A DNA stretch of 63,772 bases, the filler included, from Octopus bimaculoides (lineage: Eukaryota): the NCBI RefSeq assembly GCF_001194135.2. It is 7 parts of 7 records of this genome, joined end to end, with 100 filler letters (N's around TTAATTAATTAA, not from the genome) between each part and the next. Parts side by side here need not be neighbours in the genome. Positions count along the whole stretch, not along the records: positions 34,675 to 49,420 come from NC_068985.1; positions 49,521 to 52,492 come from NC_069008.1; 5 more parts are not named here. One strand, 5' to 3'. Each line of letters begins with the position of its first letter. Position 1 is the stretch's first letter. Position numbers and translations under genes: made by a program. The notes beneath the pieces are model-generated. The model had not been told where the DNA came from. It searched no databases and worked only from the letters and a program-made list of their open reading frames with translations. Shown piece by piece: positions 39,379 to 50,992 of this stretch.

Positions 39379-39929
39379 GATATATATGCATCTGTGTATG
39401 TCATTATACAGTTTTATTTCAAGATTTCTTGCCAATAGAGAATGAGTTGGTTTCTGACACAGGTTCAAGGTTCCTTCATTGGAATTTCAGCAACATCAAC
39501 AAGCTATTTTAGTATGTATGTATGTTTAGTGGAAAGTGGGTTATACATCTTTAGATGTATACCTGACTTTCCTACTATAAAATTAAAGAATATAACGGAA
39601 CACTGAACTCCAGACTATCAACTTAAACAACATTCATTCAGGTGGTAAATATATACATCTTTAGTTCTTGTTGTTACAACTTCTGATTGTGTGTGAGCAT
39701 AGTTGTTGGGACGTGGGTATGTAGTTACAAGCGAGCTGTCGAGTGTAAGTCCGAAAGATGTAGAGAGACAGCTTATCACGTCCATGCTCATGGTCGGCCG
39801 ACCGTAAAAGAGGTAGAATTAAGCGGGAACGCTTGGCTGTTTAATTCCACGCATGCGCACGGCGTTACTACATATGTATAGGTGTAGATTTGTATGTTTT
39901 GTACCTAAATAAGTCATCTCCTGTCCATT

Positions 39930-39970
39930 TGAACTTTGCCTGACATGGCTGAGGTCATAGGTCAAAGGGA
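39930..39970. promoter_or_regulatory. Nuclear-receptor half-site cluster including a perfect DR1 (AGGTCA-T-AGGTCA)
   Basis: AGGTCA at 39952-57 and 39959-64; TGAACTTTG at 39930-38; lies in a CpG-retaining unique patch (39690-40090). Confidence 0.4.
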
Positions 39971-40131
39971 GATGATCAATCACTTTTTGACAGGACAAAG
40001 AAAACCTGTTTTCGCGCCTGTTGATCGTGGTGGTTTGGACGGCCGAGAATTCTTAGATTTGGTTTCGCATCTAAGCTTGGGGAAGGAAGTGTTAATTTTT
40101 ACACCCCCTCCACACACACATATACATACAT

Positions 40132-40171
<40 letters not shown>

Positions 40172-40678
40172 ATAATTTAAAGAAAAACCACAACAACCAA
40201 AACAAAGAAGAATTAAACTCACACTCTCCAGAAAACAAATATATCACAAGAACCTTATTCAAAAAATCAACAAAATACAAAAAGAATAACTAGTAAATGG
40301 TATAAAATGACTATGCACGTTTCGTGGCTGTATTTTCAAATAGATAACAACTAAAACCAATTCAATTAATAATTCTATTAATAATCAAATCGATCTGCAG
40401 TTAAATCTATTCAAAAATATAGTCACACATTTGTATATATGTATGTGTGTGTTCCATAAGATTTAACAGAATTTCAAATAATTAAATTTTAGTTTGACCT
40501 AAGAACCATAACATTGGGGAACATGGCTTTTGTTGTCTGCTGTTGGTAATGTTGGTGGTGCTAATTTCAAAAATGAAATCCATTTTGCTCCACCACGTCA
40601 AGATTTTTCACAAACTCAAATGTCCATTTTTCAACATTTCTGATATTGTCACCATTTCTAAGGATAGTGTTGGCTTAC

Positions 40679-40714
40679 TCAAATGCAGATGCATGAATGA
40701 AGCTTGACATAACT
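40679..40714 (-). other. Candidate 36-nt exon
   Basis: tatgttttcag|AGTTATG...CATTTGA|gtaagc. Confidence 0.25.
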
Positions 40715-41274
40715 CTGAAAACATAGTTTTCTAATATCATTTAAAGTTTATGCAGCTACAAAAATGAAAACAAGTCATGATTTAAGTATCTTCGGTAAAT
40801 AAAAAGCATCTAACTTGAGCAACTTACACTATTTTCAATCTAACCAGTTTCAATCTAACCAGCTTCCCTGTGTATATCCTGGCAAAGTATACATACAGTG
40901 AACCTTTACTATAGCGTCGTATATTATCGACTGCTATTTCTAGTAAATATTGGTGCATTGTTGTACCACTATTCTATATTTATATTTTAACCTTATTGTG
41001 CTTTATTTTACTGGATAGCAATACTGGATAACAATACATGGTGTTAAAAGAAATGTCCTTCACACAATTAGATGTCAATAAATAACACATTTCTGTTGTC
41101 CTTGACATCGTACCTCATATCTGTGGGACTTGTCACCAAATATGCCCACGCCGTGCTTCATTTCAGTAGGACTAATTGTAAAAAGCAAGAAAAGTAAAAA
41201 AAAAAATGTTTCGAAGAATGTTCCCTGTGCTATCAATAAAATAATAAAAGCACTTGACCAACCCTATTACTTAC

Positions 41275-41307
41275 AAACAGTACAGTTGTGCATATTCAGA
41301 AAGTAAG
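41275..41307 (-). other. Candidate 33-nt exon
   Basis: ccccccccctacag|CTTAC...CTGTTT|gtaagt. Confidence 0.25.
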
Positions 41308-41960
41308 CTGTAGGGGGGGGGGATGTCTAAATCAAGAGGAAAAGCAAACTTAAAAGAAATTATGTTCGAAATTGTTTGCTGCATTTCGAACAAGTTCAAA
41401 AGGTCTCACATGGTCTAAGGGAGATAACTGTATGAAACCTTAATCTGAAAACTGTTTCCATTCAGTAGTAAGATGTTATTTCTGATCTTCTCGACGTTGT
41501 CCTCGTCCTCGTTGCTATAATAATAATAATAATAATAATAATAAATTATTTTATTGGCNNNNNNNNNNNNNNNNNNNNNNNNNNNNNNNNNNNNNNNNNN
41601 NNNNNNNNNNNNNNNNNNNNNNNNNNNNNNNNNNNNNNNNNNNNNNNNNNNNNNNNNNNNNNNNNNNNNNNNNNNNNNNNNNNNNNNNNNNNNNNNNNNN
41701 NNNNNNNNNNNNNNNNNNNNNNNNNNNNNNNNNNNNNNNNNNNNNNNNNNNNNNNNNNNNNNNNNNNNNNNNNNNNNNNNNNNNNNNNNNNNNNNNNNNN
41801 NNNNNNNNNNNNNNNNNNNNNNNNNNNNNNNNNNNNNNNNNNNNCTCTCCACCCTCATTTTTCTTTTAAAAGTTTGTGAGGGCTTGGCCAAAGAGGAACG
41901 TATCTGTCTTTAGCCCTTTCAAACGTGTCCACCACTCTACCAATAATAATAATAATAACA

Positions 41961-42173
41961 CTGTCTACTATAGGCATAAGGGCAGGAATTTTAGTGGAGA
42001 GGCTAAGTCGATTACATCGATCCCAGTACTTAACCGGTACTTATTTTATCGACCCTGAAAGGATGTAAGGCAAAGTTGACCCTAGCAGCATTTGAACTCA
42101 GAACATGAGGACAGACGAAATGCCGCTAAGCATTTTTGCCAGGCAAGCTAAGGATTCTGCCAGCTTGCTGCCT
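41961..42173 (-). mobile_element. SINE family A copy, partly CpG-decayed
   Basis: Alignment to 62565-62787 shows many CG>TG/CA changes. Confidence 0.85.
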
Positions 42174-42654
42174 TTTGTATGTAAGTTCAAGTGAATTACA
42201 GCTCTTCATAAAAGGTTTAAAGAGGGGACAGTAAGCAGACATAGCAGTCAAGTAAAGAAAGACAGCAATGAAAGCTAGAAGCTTCTTCTTCTTCTTCTTC
42301 TTTCTTTCTTTTTTTCTTTCTTTCTTTCCTTCCTTCTTTACTTCTACCACTAACTACTTCTCTCAATTTTTTCAATTGTTGTTTTTTTTTTGTTTCCAAA
42401 TCCTGAGATTATGATTCTAAGAAAAAGCTATCTTTCCCAAAATTCCAGTTTCTTAAAATATCTCCCAGCCTTCACTCCTCCTTATGGAATGCCCACACCT
42501 GCTCAACACCAACCTTCTCCACTATCAACAGTACTTTTCCCTTGTAACATTTTTTATAACTTCAGGCTGTTATGAACTTTCAATTTGTCCTTGACGCTGA
42601 ATAAACATGTATAAATATTATCTCAGACAAAACTCAAAGTAGCTTGTCTATCGA

Positions 42655-42880
42655 CAGTGTATATACACAATCAGAATAGAATTGCCAGAGCACATACAAA
42701 ATATGAGCTGTACAAATCCAGAACCAACTCCTTGCCTTCATTCCCAACAGCCTACCAGTGCCCAACCTGTAGTAAAACCTTCTGAGTACACATCAGCCTG
42801 ATTGGTTACAACCAGATGCATTGTGACTCATCTTCTTCTCCCATGTGATGTCCTGGTCATCATCAACAGACAAACATTAT
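42655..42880 (+). mobile_element. RTE-BovB-like LINE 3' end, decayed
   Basis: QNRIARAHTKYELYKSRTNSLPSFPTAYQCPTCSKTF*VHISLIGYNQMH resembles the RTE C-terminal CPxCxR.F.ARIGL.SH finger. Confidence 0.65.
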
Positions 42881-43164
42881 ATTAAGGATGATACATAAAT
42901 GGATATTTTGATTTAATATGGCTTCAGTTGTTTACACCAGATTATTTATTTGGCTGAGTGGCTATTTGTGAATCCATTATTTGCTGTTTGCTATATCAGA
43001 GGTGGCAAATCTCATCTAGGTAAAGAAATCTAAACTGAAAATCATCCACATCAATTTCTCCAACATGGGAAGGTCTACAAAGATCATGTGGACTGACCCT
43101 GGACATCAACCACCTCAATTTCTCCATCCTTGGCTATCATACCTTCCTTCTCTAACAAATTGGT

Positions 43165-43374
43165 TTCCAATTTTGGCACAAAGCCAGTAGTTTTGGGGGC
43201 GGGATTAAATTGATTACATTTACCCCAATGCTCAACTGGTACTTAATTTATTCATCCCAAAAGGATGAAAGGCAAAGCCAACCTCAGTGGAATTTGAATT
43301 CAGAATGTAAAGACAGATGAAATACCACTAAGTATTTTGCCTGATGTGCTAACAATTCTGCCAGCTCATAACCT
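43165..43374 (-). mobile_element. SINE family A copy with 12-bp TSD, fully CpG-decayed
   Basis: TSD TAACAAATTGGT at 43153-43164 and 43375-43386. Confidence 0.88.
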
Positions 43375-44426
43375 TAACAAATTGGTAAATAATAATAATG
43401 GGTATGTGGGTATTTTAAAAATACCTCACAAAAATGATGACTATGTCCTGCATAGTTATGGCCTACCCTTTGGTAAGGCATAGCATCTGTTCAGCCACCC
43501 CAGGGATATGGCAAAGTTATGGGACTGCAGCATGGTGGATTGTGAAGAAGTAGCGGAAGAACTCAACTGAGCCATTGGTACTTCTTAAACTGATGCTGAG
43601 TAGAGGAATCCTAAAAGATCAATGATGAGGATAACCAACTCTATCAAGAGAGAATGCAATGTATCCATAGCGGTGGCCCCTTGTTGTGTAATGAGCTAAT
43701 GAAAGATTCACTATGACTCAAACTCTAAATTCAAACTCACTTCTCAGTAAAACAAAAAAACAAAACAAAAAAAAAAAACAGCAACAGAAACAGTTTGGTT
43801 TTAAGTTTCTTGCCTAAGACACACTTGACTGAGTCCATGGCAGAGTGTGGATGGGATGAGTGGGGATATGGATCAAGGCCTGCAACTCAGGAAACCATAA
43901 CAAGAGAACAACCCTCAGCCTTTATGTCCAAACAAGGATGTCTTTACAGCTGAACAATGAGGTACAACTGACTAATCTGTCTTCCCAGTTTGGCCAAGCT
44001 TAGGAACCTATTGTGTGCTGACATGCTGTGATATGTATAAGGTGCAGTGTGTCAGTTTGATCATATTGTACTCTCTTCACTGTCTGGCTCATTTCTACGC
44101 TCCCTGTATTCCTGTACATCTACAATGGTTTATTGTATAGAATACCATGTGACAGTCTGGACATGTCACACTCTCTCCACTCTTCAATATTTGAGGAAGT
44201 CTCTATGCAGTTGCTTGATTTGCAAGAAATTGCAGTGGAATCTTCCTTGAATTCTATCCCATCATCTTTCAAATCAATGAATATACAGGGAACCTAGATA
44301 TGTGGCACATTGCTGTACTCAAGAAGACCTGCCTACCACAGCAGAATTGAGAGTCTAAAAGCAAGCTGCTATGTAAAAGCATTGGTGTGGGTGCTGGTGC
44401 CATGTAAAAAAGCAGTGGTGTTGGTG

Positions 44427-44760
44427 CAGTGGTGTATGGCTTAGTGGTTAGTGTCAGGCTCACAATCATGAGGTATTGAGTTCGATTCACAGACTGGGCT
44501 GTGTGTTGTGTTCTTGAGCAAGACACATTATTTCACATTGTTCTGTTCACTCAGCTGTAGAAATGAGTTGCAATGTCACTGGCGCCAAGCTGTATCTGCC
44601 TTTTCCTTGCTCCTAGATAACATTGGTGGCACAAAGAAGGGAAGCGGGTATGCATTGGTGACTGCTGGTCTTCCATAAACAACCATGCCTGGACTTGTGC
44701 CTTGGAGGGGAACTTTCTAGGTGCAATCCCATGGTTATTCATGACCAAAAGGGGTCTTTA
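44427..44760 (+). mobile_element. tRNA/CORE-like SINE inserted in a family D repeat
   Basis: A-box TGGCTTAGTGG, B-box GAGTTCGATTC, CORE-like TGTGTTCTTGAGCAAGACACATTA; family D units on both sides. Confidence 0.75.
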
Positions 44761-45811
44761 CATGTTACCCTGGTGTCACGTAAAAAGCACTGGTGATGGT
44801 ACCATGTAAACAGCACACAGTACACTCTGTAAAGTGGTTGGTGTTTGGAAGGGCGTCCAGGCATGGAAACCAAGCCAAAACAAACTATGGGACCTGGTGT
44901 TGTTCCTGGCCTTCCCAGTTTCTGTCAAACTGTCCAACCCATGCCAGCATGGAAAACAGACATTTAATGTTGATGTTGATAATGATGATGATTCAAGATA
45001 AACTTATTCTGTTTGTTGTTGTTGTTGTGGCTCTTCTGATTTCTATTTCACTTATCAGAATCTTACAAGATGAAATATGCTTCTACAAAGCTTATTGCAG
45101 TCACCATATTGAACTCAATTTATTACATGCTTTACCTCACACAATATCATAGTTGAAGTAGTTAACAATGGGAAAAACATCAAAAACTAAAACAGCGCAA
45201 GACAAAAATAAACATTATAACCACTGTTCCACATCGTATGCAATTATCTGTTCACAATCAAAACAAAAAGAAACCTGTATCAGGAGTTCAGCAAAATTTT
45301 TAGAGTAAAATGAGTTCCCCTTTGACATTTAACCAATTCCATTTGACCAAATACCATTGAATTACTTTAAAATTTGACTGAAAATATATGACAGTGAATT
45401 AAAATCTTATTACAATTTATTTAGAGTAATTGTATTTCAAAGTGCTGACATTTTTAGTTAGGAAGCTGAAGTCGAATACTTCAGTCTTGAAACAGTGTCA
45501 TCAGGCTTATACAGAATGAGGTAAAAGTCATTTTTAGAATGGTTGTTTGCAAAATAAAATTGAAAGATGTTTATATTAGTTATGTATTTCTCCATGCTTA
45601 ATAATGAAAATTCCTTAAGATTTTCATTTTTTTTTTCCATATTTCAATTGAAATATAGTACTTTTGTTTGAATTGATTTTTAAAGCAATGCAGAATTTAG
45701 TAAAATAACTGTCATTATTAAGATGGTGTTTGGAACATAAACTCACATGAAATTTCAATGGAAGGTTTTAATTGATATCACTTTAACATTTTTGTTACTA
45801 TATTGTTACCA

Positions 45812-46270
45812 TAGGTGCAGGTGTGGCTCTGTGGTAAGAAATTTACTTCCCCCACTACATGGTCCTGGGTTCAGTCTTACTGTATGGTACCTTGGACTAG
45901 TGTCTTCTACAATAGCCTCCGACCAACCAAACCCTTATAGAAACTGAAAGAATCCTGTTGTACAAGGAACTAGAAGCATCGATGTCTGAGAATCCTGATA
46001 GATGGCGACACTGGACAAGCGTAGTATTTTTACACCTTTTTAACATAAGAAAAGTTTTTCCCACAGTAACTGCATTGAATTTGCCTTTTAGCTGTTGAAA
46101 TATGTCACAAACATATTTTAACTAACCTAAATTCTGCATATGTGTGTGTGTGTGTGTGTGTGTTTGTGTATGTGTTTATCTCTCACCATTGCATGACATC
46201 TGGTGTTGATGTGTTTATATCTCCATAAATTAGTGTTTTGGCAAAAGAGACCAATAGTATATGTACCAGA
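45812..46270 (+). mobile_element. SINE family B copy, CpG-decayed, with internal (TG)n
   Basis: Head at 45812-45960 and tail at ~46170-46270 align to the reverse complement of 22078-22484. Confidence 0.75.
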
Positions 46271-46719
46271 CTTTTACAAAAAAAAAAAAAAAAAAAAAAT
46301 AAATAAATAATGGGTTTGATAAGTTTGATTAAAATTCTTCAAGGCAACCTTTCTAATCAATTATTTTCCTAGCAATCAATTAATTTTAATTGGGATACAG
46401 GCCAATCAATTATTGCAATTAATTGCCATTAATTGTCTATTATTTTACTTAAGGTAAAAACACGATATATTTTGGAGTGTTAGCTTCGATTTAGATAAGA
46501 GCCAAAATGATATGAAAATAAAAGGTACGTCTTGTAGTTTCAAAAAACTTTATTATCAGAAAACGTTCAAAGTTCAATTTTATTGATTTAGAATAAGGAA
46601 CAAACAACATGTATACTCTACATTGTACAGTAGTTGGAAAATAAATAAATTGAAGGTCTTTAATTGAAAGAGTTTCTCAAATGAGTAGCACAATTAAAAT
46701 GTTCTAATATAGCAAAATG

Positions 46720-47480
46720 TCATGAACGATTGCTGATTTTTGAAACTAGGTCTTCATCCCAGAAAGCGTGATCGACTTTTGGAAATAATTGCAATTCTAA
46801 ATTCATTGGTGTTAAGTATTGCTGAAAATTATTAAAAGTGTAACCTGCTGAGCTGAAGAAATGTTCCAAGATGTTGGACATTGGTAACAAAAATCTACAG
46901 TTCAGATATTGCTGAAGTGAAATTTTATCTTTTTTGTGTTTTTTCCAACAAACTGAAGCAAAATCATCATTTTCTACAGGTAAATTAGACTGTTGTGACA
47001 TGTCTGTCACCACTTTTAGCTGATGTAGAGCAGCCACTTCCTCCACAGTTAGCTCTGCTTCTGCATGTTGTATAATATTCACAACTCCACATTCAAAATT
47101 TGGGCTCTGCACAATGGCTGCCGATGGAAGCAAATATTTTTAAAAGTCCTCATAAGGATACAATGTGAGAATTTTGTCAAAAAGAATTCGAGCATCTCCC
47201 AAATCTATTTCTGTCTTTTGCAAGGCAACTGTTACTGAGTGTAGCTTTCCTAATTTGTCTTTTAGAGTCTGCAGATCATTATAGTTGCGTGGAGTCAACA
47301 GATAATCAACCAGCTTTGGATTGCCTTGAAAAGAGTCTAAAAATGGCTTGAGTTGGATGTACCTCTCAATCCTGTCATAAGTACTGGACCAACGGGTATT
47401 ATTTTTTTGTATAAGTTGCAAAGGCATTTTTTCCTGAAGTTTACTTGCAAGTTTTGATGATTTTATCTTTACATCAACAT
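46720..47480 (-). pseudogene. hAT-like transposase C-terminal half, pseudogenised
   Basis: KLASKLQEKMPLQLIQKNNTRWSSTY (hAT TRW.ST motif) and LLPMSNILEHFFSSAG (hAT dimerisation-like P.SS..ER.FS.AG). The two listed ORFs are in one frame, split by a single TAA at 47140-47142. Confidence 0.8.
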
Positions 47481-47574
47481 ATTAATGTTTTGTCAAGATA
47501 AGCAGAAACAGCTCGACTGAGGAAATGCAGTCACTCTCTCTCTCTCTCACACACACATGCACATGCATACATAT

Positions 47575-47775
47575 ATACAAAAGAGAGAGTACAAATCTTT
47601 AGGAATTTTCTTTCTTTTTTCTTAAAGAAGCACTAAAATCTCCTTCGCAAACATCCACCCATCACCTCACCACTTTCAAAAAGTTACAAACTCCCAATGT
47701 TTCACTTTTACCTTTTTGGAAAGCGCGGAAGTTCCTTCAGAAATAATGTCGTTTGCCTGTTGTTTCTAGCATGTC
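47575..47775. repeat. Unclassified ~200-bp dispersed repeat (second copy at 55050-55246)
   Basis: AAAAGAGAG-GTAC-AATCTTTA...CACTAAAATCTCCTTC...TTTTTGGAAAGCG-GGAAGTT-CTTCAGAAATAAT...CCTGTTGTTTCTAGC in both copies. Confidence 0.8.
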
Positions 47776-48408
47776 GGGTTTTCTGGTGGTGCTCTAATGT
47801 TTTTTTACGTCTGCTATTTTAGTACAATTCTACACATGCATGAAACATANNNNNNNNNNNNNNNNNNNNNNNNNNNNNNNNNNNNNNNNNNNNNNNNNNN
47901 NNNNNNNNNNNNNNNNNNNNNNNNNNNNNNNNNNNNNNNNNNNNNNNNNNNNNNNNNNNNNNNNNNNNNNNNNNNNNNNNNNNNNNNNNNNNNNNNNNNN
48001 NNNNNNNNNNNNNNNNNNNNNNNNNNNNNNNNNNNNNNNNNNNNNNNNNNNNNNNNNNNNNNNNNNNNNNNNNNNNNNNNNNNNNNNNNNNNNNNNNNNN
48101 NNNNNNNNNNNNNNNNNNNNNNNNNNNNNNNNNNNNNNNNNNNNNNNNNNNNNNNNNNNNNNNNNNNNNNNNNNNNAGAAATTGCGGTGGAGATGGGGGG
48201 AAAATAAAAATTTGAAAACGTGACTTCTGGGCAAAATCGTATTAACCCCCTCTTCTACTATGAAACAATACATAGTTTGTGATCCTTCTTAAGCACTTTC
48301 ATGCAAATCCATGCAAATTGTACCCTCCCCACTTCACTTTTAACAAACAACTCCCGTTCACTACATATCAGCTGCGCTGACTCTGCTCATATCAAAGGAA
48401 CAAATAAT

Positions 48409-48624
48409 CTTTTCTACTCTTAAGCACAAGGGTCGAAAATTTGGGGGAGGGGCCCCGTCGATTAGATCGACCCTAGTATGCAACTGTTACTCGATTTATC
48501 GACCCCGAAAGGATGAAAGACAAAGTTGACCTCGGCGGAATTTGAACTCAGAACGTAAGACAAACGAAATACCGTTAAGCATTACGCCCGATGTGTTAAG
48601 GTTTCTGCCAGATCACCGTCTTAA
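48409..48624 (-). mobile_element. SINE family A copy with near-perfect 16-bp TSD
   Basis: CAAAGGAACAAATAAT (48393-48408) and CAAAGAAACAAATAAT (48625-48640); most CpGs retained. Confidence 0.88.
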
Positions 48625-49224
48625 CAAAGAAACAAATAATACAAAGTAAGTCATAACACACATTAAGTCATAACACACATTATTGCTTGTTATATATACT
48701 TTTCAAACAGTTACACAAGACACGCACTCACACACGTCAGATTACATGGCCTAATTTTTTCTCACGGGTTTCTGAAGACACCTGACACCCCATCCTATCC
48801 ATTTTGCCACCACCACCACCACGACTTGTATCGTAAATGTTGCTTTGATCATGAGATAAGCTGTTTTAAAATGCAAGATGAACAATATAAAAGTTTGAAG
48901 AAGATAAAATTATAAAACACAAGCCAAGTGAAAGGACATCTGCAGGTCATTTGTTTCCTTGACACACAGTGCTACGTGACTTAAGGTGACATACTTTTAA
49001 ATTAGGTCTTACTCAAAGGTGGAAACATGTTCGCGCACGCCGGCCGCACGCCCCCCATCCCCCCCCCCACTTCNNNNNNNNNNGGCCGCACGCCCCCCAT
49101 CCCCCCCCCCACTTCATTTATATATGAATGTGTGAGCATCTAAATGTGAATACTGTTTATTGTTACTGTTACAGCCATTGTTGCTACTGTAAAAAGTTTT
49201 AATGGTGTATATATATATGTAGTG

Positions 49225-49420
49225 AAACTACCTATCGCCATTAGATACAAACTACTATCGCCATTACATACAATCTTCTCATTTAAATATAAATAAATGC
49301 GAGCGTAGTAGAGAACCCATTCCTTATCACGTGACTGATTATTATTCGAATCGGCAACTTCTTCGAACCTTTCCCGCCAGAACGCAAACTGACCAATCAC
49401 GGCCCCTAATAAGGTCACGT
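49225..49420 (-). promoter_or_regulatory. Candidate TATA-less promoter (E-box, E2F, CCAAT and YY1-like motifs)
   Basis: TCACGTGA 49327-34; TTTCCCGC 49370-77; GACCAATCAC 49391-400; GGTCACGT 49413-20; ATGGCG twice on the minus strand (49236-41, 49259-64). Confidence 0.4.
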
Positions 49421-49738
49421 NNNNNNNNNNNNNNNNNNNNNNNNNNNNNNNNNNNNNNNNNNNNTTAATTAATTAANNNNNNNNNNNNNNNNNNNNNNNN
49501 NNNNNNNNNNNNNNNNNNNNACCACCACCACCACCACCACCACCACCACCACTACTACTACTAATAATAATAATTTTAAACTTGACTTTTCTCTTCTTTA
49601 GTTCTTGTGCGCTCTGAATCATTAAGGCGGGTATTGATCGCTGTCTATATTTAATTTTATAGACAAACACTCACCGTTAACATTGGTTCTCGGCTAGCTA
49701 AGATCATTATTATTATTATTATTATTGTTATTATTATT

Positions 49739-49922
49739 AAGGCGACGCGAGCTGATAGTATTGTTAGCATGCTGGACGAAATGCTTAGCCGCATTTCGTC
49801 CGTCATATAACGTTCTGAGTTCAAATTGTGCCGAGGTCGACTTTGCATTTCATCCTTTTGGGGTCGATAGATTAGGTACCAGTTACATAATGGGGGTAGA
49901 TTTAATCGATTGGACCACTCGA
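49739..49922 (+). mobile_element. SINE family A copy
   Basis: AAGGCGACGCGAGCTG...GAGGTCGACTTTGCATTTCATCC... Confidence 0.85.
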
Positions 49923-50954
49923 AAGGCTTTATTCTGCCCGTGACTATGGTAGAAGTCACTTGCCCAAGGTGCCATGTAACGGGACTGAACCCGGAACCAT
50001 GTGGTTGGGAAGCAAGCTTCTTACTACATAATCTCGCCTGCACCCTTCATAGTTGAAGTTTGTTGCTAGATAGCAAGCTAGACACCAGCTTGATAAACAA
50101 CATACATATATAAACTCTACATCCATCACAACACACACACCTATTGTTGAACATTCTTCCGTCTTTCTTCTATTCGCAGTATCTGCAAGCGGGATTAAAC
50201 TTTAACCCTCATTTGGTAAAAACGCTTCTACCATACTCTCAGCGCTGAATAATTTAAATAGCTTCACTGCAAATAAAAATAAGTGTATCAGTACTTACGA
50301 ACTGAATTCTGTTTCTCCCATTTGTACCACACACACACACGCGCGCGCGTAATACAGGCGCAGGCATGCTAAGTGGTTTGCTTCCCAACCTTATGGTTCC
50401 GCGTTCAGTCCCACTGCGTGGCACCGTGGGTAAATGTTTTCTACTATAGCCACAGTTTCAGCTTAACAAGAATATTTTGTTGGGTGCAGAAAATCGTAAC
50501 TCCATGCACGAATGATATTTTCAGTCAGAAATATTTTAGCAAAACTAAAATATTTGTGGGACTTACGACACTTTTGAAAAATGCTAAACTGTTGCACTAC
50601 ACTTTGACAATTTTCATCTGAAGCAGCTGGAAATACGATAGTTTGACCAAAAGAACCAGCTATAGCAATCAAAATAAAATATTGAAAAAAAAAAAAGAAA
50701 AAAAACGTATTTGGCTAAATTTGGAAATACGACAAGTAGCATAATAGTAACAATATGTATATATACTAATATCGAACAGCGAGAATGATTGCTCAACACT
50801 GCACTGGTGGATAAATATTCATCATTTATGGATTAACAAAGCTACCATTTGTTTCATGCCATGAATACTCAGCAATTATCAAACCTAATTATGGTACTCA
50901 TCTCCATAAGCACGTATGTACGTATCGTATTGTGTATATGTGTGTGTGTATGTA

Positions 50955-50992
<38 letters not shown>

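Noticed and set aside
44047-44340. Possible decayed RTE fragment (MVYCIEYHVTVWTC...)
   Set aside because: Similarity is too weak to support by eye.
49040-49115. Duplicated GGCCGCACGCCCCCCATCCCCCCCCCCACTTC
   Set aside because: The copies flank a 10-N gap: an assembly overlap artefact.
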